Shown here one piece after another: positions 31,903-32,000 of a stretch of DNA of 32,000 bases; the first letter of the stretch is position 1; every line of letters starts with the position of its first letter. Origin of the DNA: Sinorhizobium meliloti (GTDB lineage Bacteria; Pseudomonadota; Alphaproteobacteria; Rhizobiales; Rhizobiaceae); the NCBI RefSeq assembly GCF_017876815.1, contig NZ_JAGIOS010000003.1, positions 840,001-872,000 on the forward strand. Reading direction: 5' to 3'. Under the pieces are notes generated by a model, which did no database searches, had not been told where the DNA came from, and worked only from the letters and a program-made list of their open reading frames with translations. The position numbers were made by a program, and so were the translations under genes.

Positions 31903-32000
31903 ATGGCAATCCTCGGAGTTGGGCCTGTGGTGGCCGCCGGATGGCTTGCGGCAACCGCCGCCGGTGCTGTAGCGGGCGCGGTGGCCGGCGGCGCGGCCGG
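31903..32000 (+). CDS. Gly/Ala-rich (glycine-zipper-like) membrane protein; N-terminal part only, continues beyond the window
   Basis: MAILGVGPVVAAGWLAATAAGAVAGAVAGGAAG... is open to the window end. This composition is typical of small stress-associated glycine-zipper proteins. The SD is weak. Confidence 0.3.
   Translation, partial: MAILGVGPVVAAGWLAATAAGAVAGAVAGGAA

Noticed and set aside
31471-31954. Listed ORFs 31471..31659 (-), 31622..31888 (+) and 31667..31954 (-)
   Set aside because: They are Arg/Pro-rich, overlap each other, lack SDs and resemble no family. A short hydrophobic ORF in a different frame (31524..31604) explains the local coding-like signal better.

Overview
High-GC, Rhizobiaceae-like accessory DNA, probably from a megaplasmid or chromid, built from unrelated gene blocks joined at short non-coding junctions. 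Left third: the end of a Dpp/Opp-type ABC permease pair on the minus strand. It diverges from a tightly packed seven-gene plus-strand operon (1450-8888). That operon holds two DszB-family desulfinase-like paralogs without signal peptides, an ACAD-fold flavin monooxygenase, a DszA/NtaA-type LLM monooxygenase, an FAD hydroxylase and two NAD(P)-binding Rossmann proteins. A leaderless sulfite-oxidase-family molybdoenzyme with an extra N-terminal domain converges on it. Middle: an orphan class II Fic protein, a LysR + NmrA-like + DUF2798 unit, an orphan RTX calcium-binding protein and decayed ORF debris. An 8-kb minus-strand block follows (ring-cleaving dioxygenase, YcaC-like hydrolase, XapX, Tat-amidohydrolase, DoxX, MFS exporter) with a divergent LysR gene. 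Three copies of a conserved ~30-bp operator-like sequence sit upstream of its three transcription units. Right third: an IS66-family fragment, an IS30-family element with a frameshifted transposase and GTT target duplication, a frameshifted relic gene and an NAD-dependent formate dehydrogenase. These are followed by a tRNA-like 3' fragment, a RelE/ParE-RelB toxin-antitoxin pair and a general-stress-like islet (CsbD, small membrane peptides, EcfG-like promoters). The least explained signal is a ~50-bp repeat with an invariant 16-bp core (GATACATTATGCGATC). It occurs four times in one orientation, always at block junctions. Many long ORFs in the six-frame track are antisense shadows of real genes and were rejected.
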